Assembly (NCBI RefSeq): GCF_000372725.1
Contig: NW_005201792.1
Span: 103,452 to 167,451, forward strand
DNA from: Emiliania huxleyi CCMP1516
Taxonomy: Eukaryota
Length of the DNA: 64,000 bases
Direction: 5' to 3'
The position numbers were made by a program, and so were the translations under genes. The stretch's first letter is position 1; every line of letters begins with the position of its first letter. Of this stretch, positions 1-12,490 are shown in pieces. The notes below the pieces were generated by a model. That model worked only from the letters and a program-made list of their open reading frames with translations, searched no databases and was not told the origin of the DNA.

Positions 1-765
1 AGAACACACTGCCAAACTTCAAAGATATCTTGCTCACCGTTATTTCCAAGGTTTGCGGCTACACGGGTCCTGAGCCAGGTGCCAACAAGCAGTACATCTT
101 TGTGCGCGACCAGCGCCAGCTCGGTGGCATCGAGCTTCGAGGTCGTGGACGGCAACGGTCGCGACGTCAACAACGTCGGTCTGCTCCCGGGCGGTGTTAT
201 GGCTGGCGGCGGGCAAGCCAAGGAGTCGCTTTGCTTCGAGTCGCAGGTTACGCATAAGTTCTACCCGGGTCAGCCTGTCACGGTCTCACCACGCCATTTT
301 GGTGACGAGGGCCGCTCGCCTGCAGAGGGGACGGTGGTTCGCTACAGTACAGTGCGAGGCGTGGCGATAGAAATCGGGGCGTCGGCATCCAGCAGCCGAT
401 TTCTGTTTCGGCGAGGGAAATCGGGCAAGCCAGCAGCCGATTTCTGTAAGCGATTTCTGCCAAAATTTTCTTCGGCGCTGCGCGCCGGTCACTATACGGT
501 CTAGATACTAGTACACTAAAAGGTTGCCCTGAGATACGAATTCAATCCTCCCGCTTAACCTTTATTTCGTGTGTGCGTGCTCGCTCGTGCCTCGTGCGCC
601 GAACCAAGTTCTGCTTCAACAAACCCGTCGAGAGGCCACGTCACGCCGGTGTCCCCTTTTTCTGCATCTTTGTGAGTGTGGCAGCCCACTTTGCCAGTCC
701 CTAGAGGTGTCTTTGACATTTGACTTCGATGTCTGGTGGGGGACGATTTATGTCTGGTGGGGGAC

Positions 766-846
766 GCACGCCCGCGCACGCGCGCGCACGCCCGCGCACG
801 CGCGCGCACGCCCGCGCACGCGCGCACGCCCGCGCGCACGCCGCAC
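766..846. repeat. Low-complexity (GCGCAC/GCCC) tandem repeat
   Basis: cgcacgcccgcgcacgcgcg units repeated directly in the sequence. Confidence 0.85.
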
Positions 847-864
847 TACGCGGCACTGCCCAGG

Positions 865-916
865 TTCCCTCACGCTCAGATTCCCTCACGCTCAGATTCC
901 CTCACGCTCAGATTCC
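865..916 (+). repeat. 16-bp tandem repeat (ttccctcacgctcaga) x3
   Basis: Three consecutive identical copies are visible. Confidence 0.9.
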
Positions 917-1216
917 GTGCAAGGGGGTGCCGAGGTATGCCGCAGGCCGGGATGGAGTGAGATCTTGCGGGGCAGGGCGTGGGCTAGCGCGTGAGGGCGC
1001 AGGCAAGTGCCCGAGGGTATGGGGGTGGGCGCCACCCTGGGGCTACCCGTAGCATTGTCGGCTCAGTGATGGGTATCCCTACATCCTCCCGATTCACAAT
1101 ATACAAAAAAGAAATTGCGGCGTCGTGCTGCCGCTCGGCCTCGGGCCCGCTGCCAGGGCCCAGAGCCGAGAGGACCGAGAGGAGTTCGAGTCAGGTTCGA
1201 GTTCAACCGCTTGGCA

Positions 1217-3160
1217 ATGTTGAGCGTGTGTGCGCAGTGTGCGCTAATCCCTTCTGGCACGCCGGAGCGAGTGTGGGCAATCGGCGACCTGCATGGCGAC
1301 GTCGGCTGCGCCCTACATTGGGTGGAGCGCACGGGGCTGCTGCGGAATGCATCGTTGCCAGCGGCGGAGTGGGAGTGGACAGAGCCGTCGAGCCAGCTGG
1401 TGTTCTTGGGCGACTACATCGACCGGGGACCGGACTCGAAAGCCGTACTCACCCTGGTGCGAGAGCTAACTTTGCGCTTCCCTGAGCACGTGCATGCTCT
1501 CCTCGGAAACCACGAGCTGAACCTCCTTCTCGACCGGGCGAGGAGCCCCAGCGGCGGCCGCTACCTCGAGTACGCCTACGCCGCTGCTCACCCGGCGCAG
1601 TACGAGGCGTGGCTGCCCGAGGGTGAGCGGACAGAGGACCTTGACGGGGTGCTGCGCTCGCTCCACGATGCGCTGCTCTCCGTCTACAGACGCGGCCTGC
1701 ATGCCCAGGGCGTGCCGATGGCGCCCGACGGCCCGTCCCAAGGACCTTGCAGGAGCCTTCTGGGAGCCTTCCTACAGGCGTGCAGATGGTGCCCGACGGC
1801 CCGTCCTCGATCGTCGAGTTCGTGCGCCCCAAGGCCGCGCGCCCGCGCGTTGCAGACGCCCTCCGCCGTTGGCAGCGTGCATACATGCGCGGCGTGAGCA
1901 GCGACTCCCCCCTCGGCGAGTTCCTGCACCGGCCTCTCTCCGTCCACCTGGCAGGCGGCTTGCGCGGCGGGCGGTCGCAACGGGGATGAGCCGAGATGAG
2001 CCGAGATGAGCCGAGATAAGCCGAGAGTATAGGCACCGTGTTTGTGCACGGCGGGCTCGCAGAGGAGCTCCTCGACAGAGAGCTGCCGCACTCCCCCTCC
2101 GCCCCGGTGCGGCCGCTCGACTCGCTCGAAGCCCTCGACGAGCTCAACGCGCGCTGGCTCAACGCGACCGGGGGACACGCGCCGCCGCGGCCAGGCGAAG
2201 AGAGCTATCACTGCAATAGCTATCACTGCTACCTCGGCCACTTCGGCCACCTCTCGGCTACCTCTCGGCCACCTCTCGGCCACCTCTCGGCTACCTCTCG
2301 GCTACCGCTCGGCGGTCGCTCGGCTGCACTTGGCCGATCTGTCGGCTATCTCTTGTCTATCTCTCGGCCGCCTCTCGGCCAGGCGAGACGCGTGCGTCGG
2401 CAGAGGCCGCGGCGCTCGCGCAGTCGGACCTCGTCGCCTTCGCGTCGGAGATGGTTGAGTACCGAGGGCTGCACGGCTCGTACGCAGGCAGGTACGCCGA
2501 CCGCCACTCGCGGCGTGGTCGACGGCGCGCCGCGCCTCCGGAGCAGGTTGCGTGCAACCTCCCAAAGGCCAAGCAGCACCGAAGCTGCAGCACCGAAGCA
2601 GCAGCACCGTGCCTGACGTCCGCAGGTTGCTTGCGACCGCGTCGCGGCGGTGCTGCGCCGGCTGAACGTGTCACGCATTGCGGTCGGCCACACGCCCGAG
2701 GACAGCGTGCGGGTGCGGTGCGGCGGGAGACTGCTGGCGCTCGACTCGACGCTCTCGCGCAGGCGCAGAGGCTACATCTCGATTGCATCTCGGGCTCTAC
2801 CTCGGGCTTTTCCTCGGCTCTCCTCGGCTTTTCCTCGGGCTCTACCTTGGCTCGCCACTTCCCCCCGCTCGCAGCTTTCGGGCGCACGGCAACTACTACT
2901 GCGACGAGCAGATGGAGCGCGAGGAGTCTCCGGGTAGGAGGGGCTAGGCGCGGCGAGGCCCCGAGATCACGCGTCGAGATTGCCTGAGCGATTAGGAGCC
3001 GAGGATCTGCGCGCCGCGGCGCGAGGCGTGCGAGGGGCAGATCGTGCGCCTCGAGCGGAGGGACGCGCGGGCGGCGTGGGTGCTGCACGTCGTGGAGAGC
3101 GAGCCGGACATCGAGCGAGACGAGGGCGCCGTCGAGGACATGAAGCTGGAGCTGCGGTGA
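1217..3160 (+). CDS. Calcineurin-like metallophosphoesterase, Shewanella-like phosphatase (SLP) type; multi-exon
   Basis: PPP motifs occur in order across exons: IGDLHGD, LGDYIDRG, LLGNHE, FVHGGL, IAVGHTP. ATG at 1217; ends EDMKLELR-TGA at 3160. Confidence 0.85.
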
Positions 3161-3719
3161 CACCGGCCGGCGCGCTGAACCGCGCCATCCTCGTAGTCGT
3201 ACCTCGACCGCCGTGCAAAGCTCGCTTCCGAGCTCTCACGCCGCGCGTAGGGCCTTTACACCGGAGGCCGGGGACCGGATAAGAAAAAATATGTGCGCAA
3301 GACATAGAGATAAGAGAGAAGATGAGTCTTGTCAAGTTGTATGACAAGAAGAGGCTCTTGTGTGCACACACGACCCTCACCCGCTATGCAGCCCCTTGGA
3401 GTGTGAAGGCTTCGTAGCCCTCCGGTCTACTAGAAGATCCGCAGGACTGGAGCGAAAAAAAAGCAAGCGAGTGCCCGCTATGGGTATGGGACCGGCGAGG
3501 GCGACTCTCTATACACACTGTAATTTAACCCTTCGATCCGTGCGCGGCAGCTTCCACTGCATCGCCTCCAAACGCCTGCATTCCTGCTTCTGCTCTCCCC
3601 CGCGGGGCTCCGTCCTCGTCCCTTCTCAGCTCTCTACATGGGTTATCGGCTACGGTGTATCTCTGGCGGGCCCTGCCGGCCAGCCAGGGCGCCACAGCGG
3701 ACGCCCGTCTTCGGCGCGC

Positions 3720-6207
3720 CTAGGACTCGATGCCGGTGAGCCCGTCCTCGGGCGCGGGGAAGTCGTCGGGCATGATAGTCATCAGCTCGTCCTCCGACAC
3801 CTGCTCACACGGGCAGCTGCTGAAGAGACGCCGCTCACAGCCACGGCGGTCGTCGCTCGTCCTCCGATACCATCCCGTTGGACGAGGGAGACATCTTCTC
3901 CTCGAAGACGCGGATGGCGGAGCCCATGCGCGCGAGGTCGATCGCGTTGCGCACCTGCGCACGCGCGGAGGGCGGGGCTTGAGTGGCGTGTGCGCTGCGT
4001 GTGACGACAGCCCCCAAACTACGGACGCATCACGCGACCTTCAGCAATGCTGCGACGGAGGACATGGTCCTTGGTCCGTGGGCTGCGCATCTTGGGTGCG
4101 CACCGTGCGCGCGTTGGCAAAGAAGGGCATGCGCTTGCGCTTGGAGAGGTAGTCCTTGAGCGCCGGCTCCGCGCCTGCACGAGAAGGGTCCGAGAAGGGT
4201 CCGGGAAGGGTCCGAGAGGAGGCTGCTGCTCGAGCTGCTCCGCGCCAGGGCCGAGCTTGTATTCGAGCTCGCGGCACATCACCTGCTCGCCGAGATTAGC
4301 CGAGATCAACCGAGGTTGTCCGAGGTTGTTGATCGCCGAAAGAGTGCTCGAGCTCTCGCGGCTCATCACCCGCCGTCCGAGAGGAGCCGAGAGGAGCCGA
4401 GAGGAGCCGAGAGGAGCCGAGAGGAGCCGAGAGGAGCCGAGAGGAGCCGAGAGGAGCCGAGACGAGAGCCGAGAGGAGCTGAGCTTGTTCTCGGCGGCGC
4501 AGCACCTTTCCAATCTCGACGAGCTCCTCGTCCTCGTAGTCTGGGAACTCGATGTGGTTGCCGATGCGCGAGGCCATGCCGGGGATGAAGCCGTAAAAGG
4601 CGTCCATCTTGTCCTTGTACCCGGCGAGCACGACGATGATGTCCTCCTTGTTGTTCTCCATCACGTTGAGCAAAATCTCGACCGACTCTTGCCTATGTTT
4701 AATTATGAATTAATTATTCATAATTAATTTAAATGCCAGATCTCGACCGACTCTTGCCCGTAGTCGCGGTCGTTTGCGGCGTTGTACAGGTAGTACGCCT
4801 CGTCGACGAGCAGAATGCCTAGAGCGTGAGCAAACCGCAGTCAGCTTTCGGAGCATCTCGTGAATGCATACGAATACAGTGAGCCAATACAGCGGAGTGC
4901 GTGTCCTCTCGAGCGCCAGTCGGCAGACAAGACTACGTCTTCCCCAGCTAGGGAGCAGCATGCCGCCCATCGCCTTTTTGACCATCTCCTTGGTCTTTGG
5001 CGCCTACGCGACATGTCTCGGACGTGTCGTGGACGTGTCCTCGACCTCCCGACCGCCTGCCCGGCCTCGGGCGCCGTGTGGCCCACGTACTGCCCCACCA
5101 GGTCGTCGCGCGTCGCGACGACCACGTGCCCCGTGCGGCAGTAGCCCATCCGCTGCAGGATCTGGCCCATGCGCAGCGCGACCGTCGTCTTGCCGGTGCC
5201 GGGCGCGCCTGCAGGAAGGGTCCGAGAGGCTTGCGCGAAGGGTCCGAGAAGGGTGCGAGGTCTCTCCCTGCCGCGCCGGTGAAGCCCATGTGCAGCGACG
5301 GGACCGACGTCTCGAGCCCCAGCTTGAGCCGCATCTTGTCCACAACCAGCAGCGACGCGATCTCGCGCACGCGCTGCTTGACCGGCTTCAGGCCGATCAG
5401 GTCGTAGTCGAGCTTCTCGAGGATGTCCTTGACGCCCTCCTTGTACATGAAGTCGTCGACGGTGCCCGCCGCGACGTCGTCGGGGATCTGCCGCATCAGC
5501 GCGATCTTGCGCTCCTATGGGGCATGTCTCGGACATGTCCCGGACATGTCCCGGACGGCTGGTCGTGCCGCTTCATCAGGGCAGTCTCGCGCTCCTTCGC
5601 CTCGCGCGCCAGCTGCGCCGCGTTCTCGCGCGCAAAGATCTCCTCCTCCTCGAGCCTCCTCTCGACGTCCGCCTACCCACCAGATCAGCCGAGATCAGAC
5701 CAGCCGAGATGAGGTCGCCTCCTCGCGCCTCCTCCCGACCTCTTTGAGCCGGTCCGATGCTCTGCGGTAGTTCTTGACGTTGCCGTCGGTCACAACCTTG
5801 TCTCCGGCGGCAGTGTGGCCTTCGAAGTTGCCGTGCGCATCTGTCTTCAGCCCGGCATCGTACTGCACAGCTGGCGGGCCGGACGGCGGCGCGGCGGCCG
5901 CCTGCTTCATCGAGAAAGCCCAGTTGTCGTCCGGGTCATCCTCAACGTCCGGCGTTGGGCCCGTGCCAAAGCGCTCCGGTGCCTTCTTGCCGTCGCGCGT
6001 GACTGTGTCAGCCCAGCCTCCTTCGTATTGTCTGATTGGTTTCCTCAAGTGTGCGAGCATGGGATTGCCGTCGTCCGAGGGCGGCGGCGGCAGCTGCATG
6101 GCGGCAGGAGCGCCGCGGCATATGCCCACGCGGCGATGTCTGGCCGCAGCACTGTGGGCCTGCGACGGCTTTAGAGCCGACGGCTGCGCCACGAGGAGCG
6201 CGAGCAT
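3720..6207 (-). CDS. cbbX: Nuclear-encoded CbbX (red-type Rubisco activase, AAA+) with N-terminal targeting extension; about 10 introns
   Basis: Spliced protein reads [35 protein letters not shown] (Walker A), [28 protein letters not shown] (Walker B), [22 protein letters not shown]. Confidence 0.95.
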
Positions 6208-6852
6208 CGCCCGGCACGACGGAGGCCTGCGGAGATGCAGCGTCAGAAGAAAAGAAAAACGTCAGTTTCCTAAGAGTTACAAAATATGAAAAAGCAGAGT
6301 CATCCTACGGGAATGTACGTTAAGAGCCACATACAACGTAAAAAAATGGAGGAGGATCGGGAGGCGGGAGAATAAATCCCCCACTCTGGCCTCCGGACCC
6401 TCCGTCCCCACAGACAGCTCGTCGGCAGCACGACCACGAGGACACGTCTCTGCTGATCCTGTGGGACCTGCTGGTGGTGCTCAACCTCTCGGAGCGGAGC
6501 GCGCGGTGTCGAGGTTGGATACGAGCTTGGTCAATGGAATCGGGCTGCAGGGGGCATCTCACCGTCGCGTGGGCGCACGTGCCACCACCTTTGCAGGATT
6601 TTGCAAAAGCGAGGGGGGAGGGCGCATCGCCGCGCGGAGAGGGCTGGGCATAGGGCACAGGGGATCTCTCTCGCATAGGATATGCACTCGGCGGCACGAG
6701 GGCAAGGCTGGGCGTCCTATGTTTGTGCTCCCCCCCGGACCCCAGGGTCAGCCATTAAGGCGACTCAGATTCTCTTTTTTGTCGCACCGCCATCAAGCTC
6801 CGCCCGACCTCGAAGCCAGCTGGCTCGAAGCCGACCTCGAAGCTCTCGTGGG

Positions 6853-9800
6853 ATGCTCCTGCTGCTCGCCGTCAGCGCGCTCCATCCTCCTCTCGCCGCC
6901 ACGGTCCAGCGGCGATGCCGTCGACGTGCGGTGTATCTCGCGGAGAGTCCCGGCGCCAAAAAATTGACGCTCATCCGGCACGGTCAGTCCGAGTGGAACC
7001 TGGCTAACCGCTTCACCGGCTGGGTGGACGTCGACCTGACCACCCGGGGCATCCAAGAGGCGCGTGAAGCGGCTCGTGCACTCAAGGCGGACGGCACAGA
7101 GTATGACCTCGTCCTCACCTCGTGTCTCCGCCGCGCCGTTCGCACCTCCTGTCTACTGCTGTCCGGCGCAGGGCGCCCTGCGGTGCCGATGGTCAAGGAC
7201 GCGCGGCTCAACGAGCAGCACGCCGGCGCGCTGACCGGGCGGAACAAGCGGTCGCTCGCCAAAGAGCACGGCCACGAGCAGGTCATGCGCTGGCGGCGCG
7301 GGTTCGCGGTGCCACCGCCGCCCATCTCGACGAAAGCTCCGCTGCAGAGCGCCATCTGCCGCGACGAGAGGTACCGGCGGCGGCCTTGCGCAGGCGGCGC
7401 CAGCGGAGGTCCGAGCCAGGACGTGGTCGTTCCTCGCGGGGAGACGTTCCGCGACTGCCTGGAGCGGGTGAGCGAGGTGTGGTCTGGGGCACGGCCGAGC
7501 ACTGCCTCGTCTACACGGCCCTACCTCGGCTGCACCTCGGATGTAGGTCTGGTCCGACACGGTGGAGCCGGCCCTCCGCGACGGCAAGAACGTGCTGGTC
7601 GTGTCTCACGGAAACGCACTGCGCGCGCTCATCAAGCTGGTCGACGGCGTCAGCGACGAGGACGCCGCCTCGACATGCCCCCCCCACGTCCACACATGCC
7701 CGTGACATGACATGCACATGCACATGCACATGCACATGCCGCATGTGCATGTGACATGTCCGAGACATGTCCACAGGACGCCTACCACCTCGACATGCCC
7801 ACCGCCTGCCCGCTCGTCTACGAGGCGCTGCCAAGCGCCGGCCCCTCGGGCGTGAGATTCGGCGACGCGCACGGCACGTGGGGCACGTCGAGCGTGCTGC
7901 GGCACGGCCGCTTCCTATACGACGAGGGGCGGGTGCAGCAGGCGCAGGAGATGATGCGCTCTCAGGTGCTTCGGGACATCGCCGTCTCGACCATCTCTTC
8001 GACCGGCACGAGCGGCATCGCGACGTGCGACGCATGGTCCCGAGGACGGGGTGGCGCCGGTGCGGCAGGCGGTGTCAGCTGTGAGTGACCAGTATGGGTG
8101 GCTGAACAGGTCCGAGGAGGGGGTCTCGTCGGTGCGCGTGTCGGTTGGTGATGGCGAGCCCTCAAGCAGTGTGCGGACGAAGATTCGGAGCTACTCATGG
8201 GAGATGACCTTGGACCACGGATTCCTCGTCAGGCGAGTCCTTCAACGTGCGCACGATGGGCAAGCCGGAGCGGCAGCCACAGGCGGGCGAGGGGGACGGG
8301 GAGGGGGGAGAGGAGGACGGGACGGAGGTGCGCATCCTGCCGCCGCCGCGGCGGAACCCGCGCTACGACGGCGTGGGAGGTGCGGCGGCGAGCTCGGCGG
8401 AGCTAGCGGCGCAGGCGAGCCTCGAGCTTGCCATGTTTGCGAAGAGCCAGCGGCAGCAGGCGGCGCAGCAGGCCGCGGCGCCGGGTGGCCGCGAGGAGGC
8501 GGCGGCGCGGCGGCAGTCACGGGCGAGCCTGATCTTGCTGCGGCACCCCCTCGCCACGTCGATGCTGCATCACGGCGTGGACGGCGTCTCTTCACAGCTC
8601 TCGCTGTCCACAGGCACGGCTACTCGGCTTGGAACGAGGAGAACCGCTTCACCGGCTGGGCCGACCCGCCGCTGACGAGCCGGGGTCGCGAGGAAGCGCG
8701 GCTCGCGGGCTCGCTGCTGCGCGAGGCAGGCGTGCGGCGCGTCGAGCGCGTGTTCTGTTCGCTGCACGAGCGAGCAATCAAGACGGCGTGGCCTCCTGCT
8801 CGGCGAGGTGGAGATCTCGGGGCGATCTCGGGTGATCTCGGGTACTCTCGCGCAGGCGTGGCTGCTGCTCGACGAGATGGAGATGCAGTGGGTGCCGCTC
8901 AGCTACACGTGGCGGCTGAACGAGAGACACTACGGTCCTCACCGGCCGCGGCGGCTGCCGAGACCGGCTCTTAGCCACTACTCGTGAGGACCACCTCTTC
9001 TCGTCAGGTGCCCTCACCGGCCGCAACAAGCGCAGCTGCTCGGAGGAGTTTGGGCTTGCGCAGGTGCAGCGGTGGCGCCGCTCTGTCAGCGAGGCGCCGC
9101 CGCCGCTCGAGGCCGAGGCGGCGGCGGCGCTCCTCGACGGGCGGTGCGAGCACGTGGCTTGCGCCCGCGCGCATTGACCATGACCCTTTGAAGTCTTTGA
9201 ACAACGAACAGGTATGAGGGCGTGCCGGCGCCCGCGTCCGAGTCGCTCCTGCAGTGCGCGGACCGGCTGCGCCCCTTTGTGCGAGGCGAGCTGGCGGAGG
9301 CGATGCGGCGGGCGGTCGACGAGTGCGGTGTCGTGGCGGCGGAGGAGGGGAGGGCGGTGGAGGTGCCGAGCTTCGTCATCTCGTCGAGCGAGAACGTGCC
9401 GCGGATTCCTCGAGAGTGCACTCGGCAACTCTCGGAGCGCACCCTCGGCCCCCCTCGGGTCGTCTCAGGTGCTGCGCGCTCTCGTGCGCGACCTCGAGGG
9501 GCTTGCAGACGAGGAGACGCCGCTCATCGACGTGCCGCTCGCCAACCATCCCGCTGGTCAACTCTGCCAAGGTGATTCGTCTTCAGTCCTGCCTCTAGGT
9601 GCCGCACGCCATCCCGCTCGTCTACTCGCTCGACGCGGACCTGCAGCCCATCCCGTCGGGGCTGGCAAAGGCGCCGCTGCGGGCTGGCTGGTACATGGCC
9701 GACCCGGACCGACTCGCCGCCTCGCAAAAGTCCATCCGCGAGGAGGCGGGCTGCCGCCGCCGGGCGCGAGAGCCGACTCCATGGCACGTCCCTCACGCGT

Positions 9801-9930
9801 CCCGACATGTCCGCAGGTGGACTGCCGGTTGGGCGAGGCGCCGTGCGACGTGCCGCCCGAGGAGTGCTTTGTGGAGAGTCTGCCTCGCCCGCCGGGGGCG
9901 CTGGAGTGGGTCTGTGAGCAGGCGCAGTGA
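6853..9930 (+). CDS. Tandem two-domain cofactor-dependent phosphoglycerate mutase (histidine phosphatase family) with signal-peptide-like N-terminus; multi-exon
   Basis: Domain 1: LIRHGQSEWNLANRFTGWVDV, RLNEQHAGALTG, VSHGNALRAL. Domain 2: LLRHGYSAWNEENRFTGWADP, RLNERHYGALTG. The linker stays in frame if two short introns near 8037-8109 and 8154-8232 are removed. Confidence 0.85.
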
Positions 9931-10104
9931 CGTCTGACGCGAGGGAAAGAATGCGCCTGCAGCTTCACTTTAGTTGCCAGTGTGGCAGTGCGCGCGCGGC
10001 CAGCGTAATGCGAGACCGGCGGCCGTTTCCATTGTGCATTGACAAAACGATATTTATTTGTGATCCACCCCCCGAAGCGCGAAGGAAGCCCGATTTCACT
10101 CCCT

Positions 10105-11113
10105 CTACCGTATCGATCCCCGCCGCGCCTCTGCCTCCTCCTGCCGCCGCCTCGACCAGTCCGCGTCGCTCTCCCGGAAGCGGCCGGAGATGAGGTGCCG
10201 CTCGCGGCGCGTCGCCTGCACCTCGTGCTCAATCGTCGAGTCGTAGATGACCAGAGAGCCGGCGGTGGGAGGCAGCTCGCGCGGCGCGGCGCTCGCGTCG
10301 TAGACGACGAGCGAGCCGCCGTCGGCGGCGCTCCAGTCGTCCGGCGTCAGGTAGAGCAGAAAGCTGATCGAGTTGCGCCGAGGCTCCGACATCGCCGGCT
10401 CCTAGAGCGGGAGCACAGGGGACGGAGCCCCGCGGTGAGTCCAAGGGCTGCGAGTACAGCGAGTACCGTCGAGCACAGCCGAACGCACATCATGTCTACC
10501 CGAGGTGACTGTTGTGTGCCCAAGCAGCACTGCCACCGCCGACGTAATCTCTGTGCAGCACAAAGGCAACGGCGCACTCTCGTCAGCACAGACGTGCAAA
10601 TCACGCAAGGGGCTCGGACACGTGGGTCTGGTTCTAGTCCGGGCACGAGGGTCTGGTACTCCGTCGTCTAGGCGCCGGCTCCTCGTCGCGGTGGCGCATG
10701 AACTTTGCGCCGGGCGGGTAGCGCATCAGGTGGAAGCCGCCACCGCCCAGCAGCGAGCGCGAGCTGTGGCGAGCCAGACCGCCGCGGAGCTCGTCGAGCT
10801 GCACGAGAAGGTTGCCAAACGGGAGCGCCGCGGCGTCGGCGAGCTGCGCGCGAAACGCTGGCTCGAGCAGATCGGTCTGTATCGAATCCAGGTCGTCGCC
10901 CGCCTGAGGTATGTCGGCGAGCACGCGCACCATGGTTTCGCGCGACTCGACGAGTTCGTCGCCTGAGAGCCAGCCTTGCTCGACGTGCGCAAACCCGTCG
11001 CGCATCGCCGCCGCGGCACGCGCAGCGAGCGAATCGATGTCCGCTCGGCGGCTCGGCGTGGCGGGGCCGGCAGTGAGGCCGAGGAGCGGAGGAATGACGT
11101 GCAGCACGCACAT
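10105..11113 (-). CDS. 2OG-Fe(II) dioxygenase (prolyl-hydroxylase/SM-20-like); one intron
   Basis: MRYPPGAKFMRHRD (HxD), SFLLYL, DGGSLVVY, GSLVIYDS, EHEV and RHLISGRFR motifs. Intron at about 10402-10681. Confidence 0.85.
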
Positions 11114-11184
11114 ACACCTTCTCTCGGAGGGCCGTTGGATCAGTGCCAGTCGACCTCTCGAATTCACTCCCGGCGTCTCTCACA

Positions 11185-11900
11185 GCACACTGGCACGACA
11201 AGGGCCCGGACTGGCGCGGACTGGAGACACACCGGCTCACAAAGAAAGAAAGAGGACGTACCGCCGCCACCACCCTTGGGTTGTCCCATCCCTCCCTTGG
11301 GTTGTCTGTTTTCTTTCTTTCTTTTTTGGGTTGTCTGTTTTCTTTCTTTCTTTCTTTCACACAGGGATTTTAATTAAGGAGAGGGGTCACGACGACTCTC
11401 GAAAAAGAAAGAAAACAGACAAACCCAGACGAGGGATGGGGGAGGAGGACAGGGTCCCCACCTGCACGAGCAGGATTTTGGAAGGACGATCAGGGGGACA
11501 GGTGGGGCTCTCCTGCTCCTGACAAGGGACGACTCTCGAGCGGATTGGAGGTGATAGCCGAACTTTCTTTTTTGATTTTTTTCGTGATTCTTGTTGGTTC
11601 TCGAGGTGGACATCCTTTGGCCGCGTTGGGTAGCGAGGATTGGGAGAGAGAGAGATTTTTAGCAATACCATTGTTTTGTAGGATTGGTGTGACGCGATCC
11701 ACGCAGGCGTGTTTTCTGGCGGCCGACCGTCAGTGCACGGAGTTGCCCCTTGCTTCGGTTTGCCTGTTAGTGCTAGCACGCGCCAGTCCGCACCTGTGTG
11801 TCGAGCCTGTCTGCTGGAGAGAGAGTTGTTTTCGGTTAAATGTTCTTTTCTGTGGTGTTTTGTGTTAGTGCCAGTGCGCGCCAGTCCTGTGCCCAGTGTC
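11185..11900. repeat. Dispersed fold-back-like repeat family member (non-coding)
   Basis: Internal inverted repeat (11285-11320 vs 11403-11440). Imperfect outer inverted motifs at 11187-11224 and 11871-11899. Segments recur at 27218-27243, 50130-50215, 50792-50830, 51555-51595 and, reverse-complemented, at 56600-56730. Confidence 0.7.
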
Positions 11901-12490
11901 GCGCGAGAGAGAGTCTCGTTATACGTTAAATTTCTTTTTTGTCGTAAACTTCTTTTTTACCCTTAGGGCTGAGAAAGGCCCTCCCGCATGGTGGCCAAAT
12001 GTCCAGAAAAGAATTTCCGGGACGGCTCGCATCCTATCCAGGAGGGCGAGTCGGCAACGGCGGCGGTGAGGGCGGGGGGGCGGCGGACTGGGAGGTGGTG
12101 GCGGCGGCGTGGGCGGCGCCGGCGGGGAGGGCTGCGCAGGGGGCGGCGAGGGAGGTAGCGGTCGGCAAGGGCTCGGGCGAGGGTGGTGCCGGCGGTGGCG
12201 GTGCCAGCAGCAGGGGGTGCGATGGGGGTTGGGGGAGGCCGCCCCGCGGCGTGCTGGTGGGCGGGTGGAGTCTGGAGAGAGGGCGGCAACGGCGACGGCG
12301 AGGGCGACGGCGGCGGAGGGGACTTTAGTGGTGGCGGTGGGGCGCGCGGCGGGGTGGGCGCCCACAGCCACACCGACGTGCCTTTAGACACGCGGCCCCA
12401 CCCAAATAGAGTATACTCGCTGACAGGGATAGCTACACCGTGCCTCACGCTCCGGGCCAAGTTCCGGGCCCCGCCACTCAAGAGAGAGAC

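Noticed and set aside
1..504. Protein-like frames at the window start
   Set aside because: Two overlapping frames with no recognisable domain, truncated by the window edge.
10105..11113. 2OG-Fe(II) oxygenase as the TET/JBP partner of the TAGT-like gene
   Set aside because: Its motifs look prolyl-hydroxylase-like, it has a signal-like N-terminus, and it lies about 28 kb away.
11990..12360. Proline-rich minus-strand ORF
   Set aside because: Low-complexity G-rich sequence next to a repeat, with no credible start or domain.
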